Positions 63,202-64,000 of a DNA stretch of 64,000 bases are shown one piece after another. This DNA comes from Synechococcus sp. (GTDB taxonomy: Bacteria > Cyanobacteriota > Cyanobacteriia > PCC-6307 > Cyanobiaceae), in the NCBI GenBank assembly GCA_047284725.1, contig JBJBEO010000001.1, positions 1,560,203 through 1,624,202 of the forward strand. Direction: 5' to 3'. Position numbers and translations under genes: made by a program. The notes under the pieces are model-generated. The model was not told the DNA's origin. It was given only the letters and a program-made list of their open reading frames with translations, and did not search any database. The number at the start of each line of letters is the position of its first letter. The stretch's first letter is position 1.

Positions 63202-63884
63202 GCGTGGTGATTCCCTGCCTGAATGAAGCGACACGCCTGCCTCTGTTGCTGGCCGATCTGCAGCGCCGGTCAGAGCCCCTCGAAATCATCGTGGTGGATG
63301 GCGGCAGCACCGATGGCAGCGGCGACGTCGCTCAGCTCGCAGGGGGCCACTGGCTGCAGGCACCCCATCGCGGCCGAGGACACCAACTGGCCTTCGGAGC
63401 GGCCAAGGCCAAAGGCCCCTGGCTGCTCTGTCTTCATGCCGACAGCCGACTGCCAGCCCGCTGGCCTGAAGTCGTGGATGCGGCCATGGGAAGCGATGCG
63501 CCCGAGCAAGCGGCCTGGTATTTCGACCTCAACGTGAGGCCCAGTCGACTGGATCTGAAACTGATGGAAGCGGCTGTTGCAGCACGCAGCCGCTGGCAGC
63601 AGCGACCCTACGGCGACCAGGGTCTGCTCCTTCATCAATCGCTCTACCACTACAGCGGTGGATACGCCCCCTTGCCGCTGATGGAAGACCTTGATCTGGT
63701 GGAGCGGCTGGGACGCTTGGTCAGACTCAGGCCCCTCGGTCTGGCACTGATCAGTGATGGACGGCGTTGGGAAGAGACCAACGTGGTCCAGCAGGCCCTG
63801 CACAACGCCCGTCTACGCAGGGCCTGGAGGAACGGAACCTCTGCGACTGATCTTTGTGCTGCGTACTACGGCCGCAGCAGCTGA
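63189..63884 (+). CDS. GT2 glycosyltransferase (TIGR04283 type)
   Basis: SVVIPCLNE, VDGGSTD, LHAD, YGDQG and PLMED. Confidence 0.88.
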   Translation: MAGLSVVIPCLNEATRLPLLLADLQRRSEPLEIIVVDGGSTDGSGDVAQLAGGHWLQAPHRGRGHQLAFGAAKAKGPWLLCLHADSRLPARWPEVVDAAMGSDAPEQAAWYFDLNVRPSRLDLKLMEAAVAARSRWQQRPYGDQGLLLHQSLYHYSGGYAPLPLMEDLDLVERLGRLVRLRPLGLALISDGRRWEETNVVQQALHNARLRRAWRNGTSATDLCAAYYGRSS

Positions 63885-63885
63885 C

Positions 63886-64000
63886 TCAGGAGGCATACCA
63901 GAACCCACAGCGATGGCCATAGGGCTCGAGCTCCCACCCCAGGCGTTGATAGAACGGCAACACACCTGGATCCGCAAACAGGGTGACTCGCTCCGTGCCC
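63886..64000 (-). CDS. GNAT acetyltransferase (Ycf52-like), 3' end only
   Basis: Hand translation ...ERVTLFADPGVLPFYQRLGWELEPYGHRCGFWYAS*. Confidence 0.7.
   Translation of the reverse strand, partial: GTERVTLFADPGVLPFYQRLGWELEPYGHRCGFWYAS

Noticed and set aside
62569..63884. Arsenosugar biosynthesis cluster
   Set aside because: Only the widespread DUF2064/GT2 pair is present; no arsM or radical SAM gene is in view.

Overview
Chromosomal segment of a marine Synechococcus-type picocyanobacterium, judged from its high GC, psbA/ndh/pet genes and typical gene order. The first ~4 kb is a visibly AT-rich island. It carries the type IV chromatic acclimation CA4-A gene set: mpeZ-like lyase (5' part), fciC, fciB, fciA and unk10, plus a DUF2237 gene. 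mpeZ and fciC are missing from the supplied ORF track and were translated by hand. The island abuts a psbA-gap-psbA block. The second psbA has a D1:1-type N-terminus but has two long tracts nucleotide-identical to the D1:2 copy, including Glu130, so it appears to be a gene-conversion mosaic. The rest is mostly core genome: trpS, thrS, glk, thrB, ndhD, prlC, folB, proA, tamB, glgB, hemE, petE, petJ, clpB, queD, hisIE, a group 2 sigma factor, trpA, ndhL, tRNA-Leu(UAA), pyrC, a bicA-like SulP, gor, dnaA and htrA. A small accessory patch at ~38.3-41.3 kb holds a phage-like zinc-binding protein and several micro-ORFs. Three orphan Nif11-domain genes occur, two of them beside cytochrome c6-family genes, and there are several candidate structured RNA leaders. 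No CRISPR, rRNA, transposase or integrase was seen. All calls come from reading the sequence and recalled family motifs; no searches were run.
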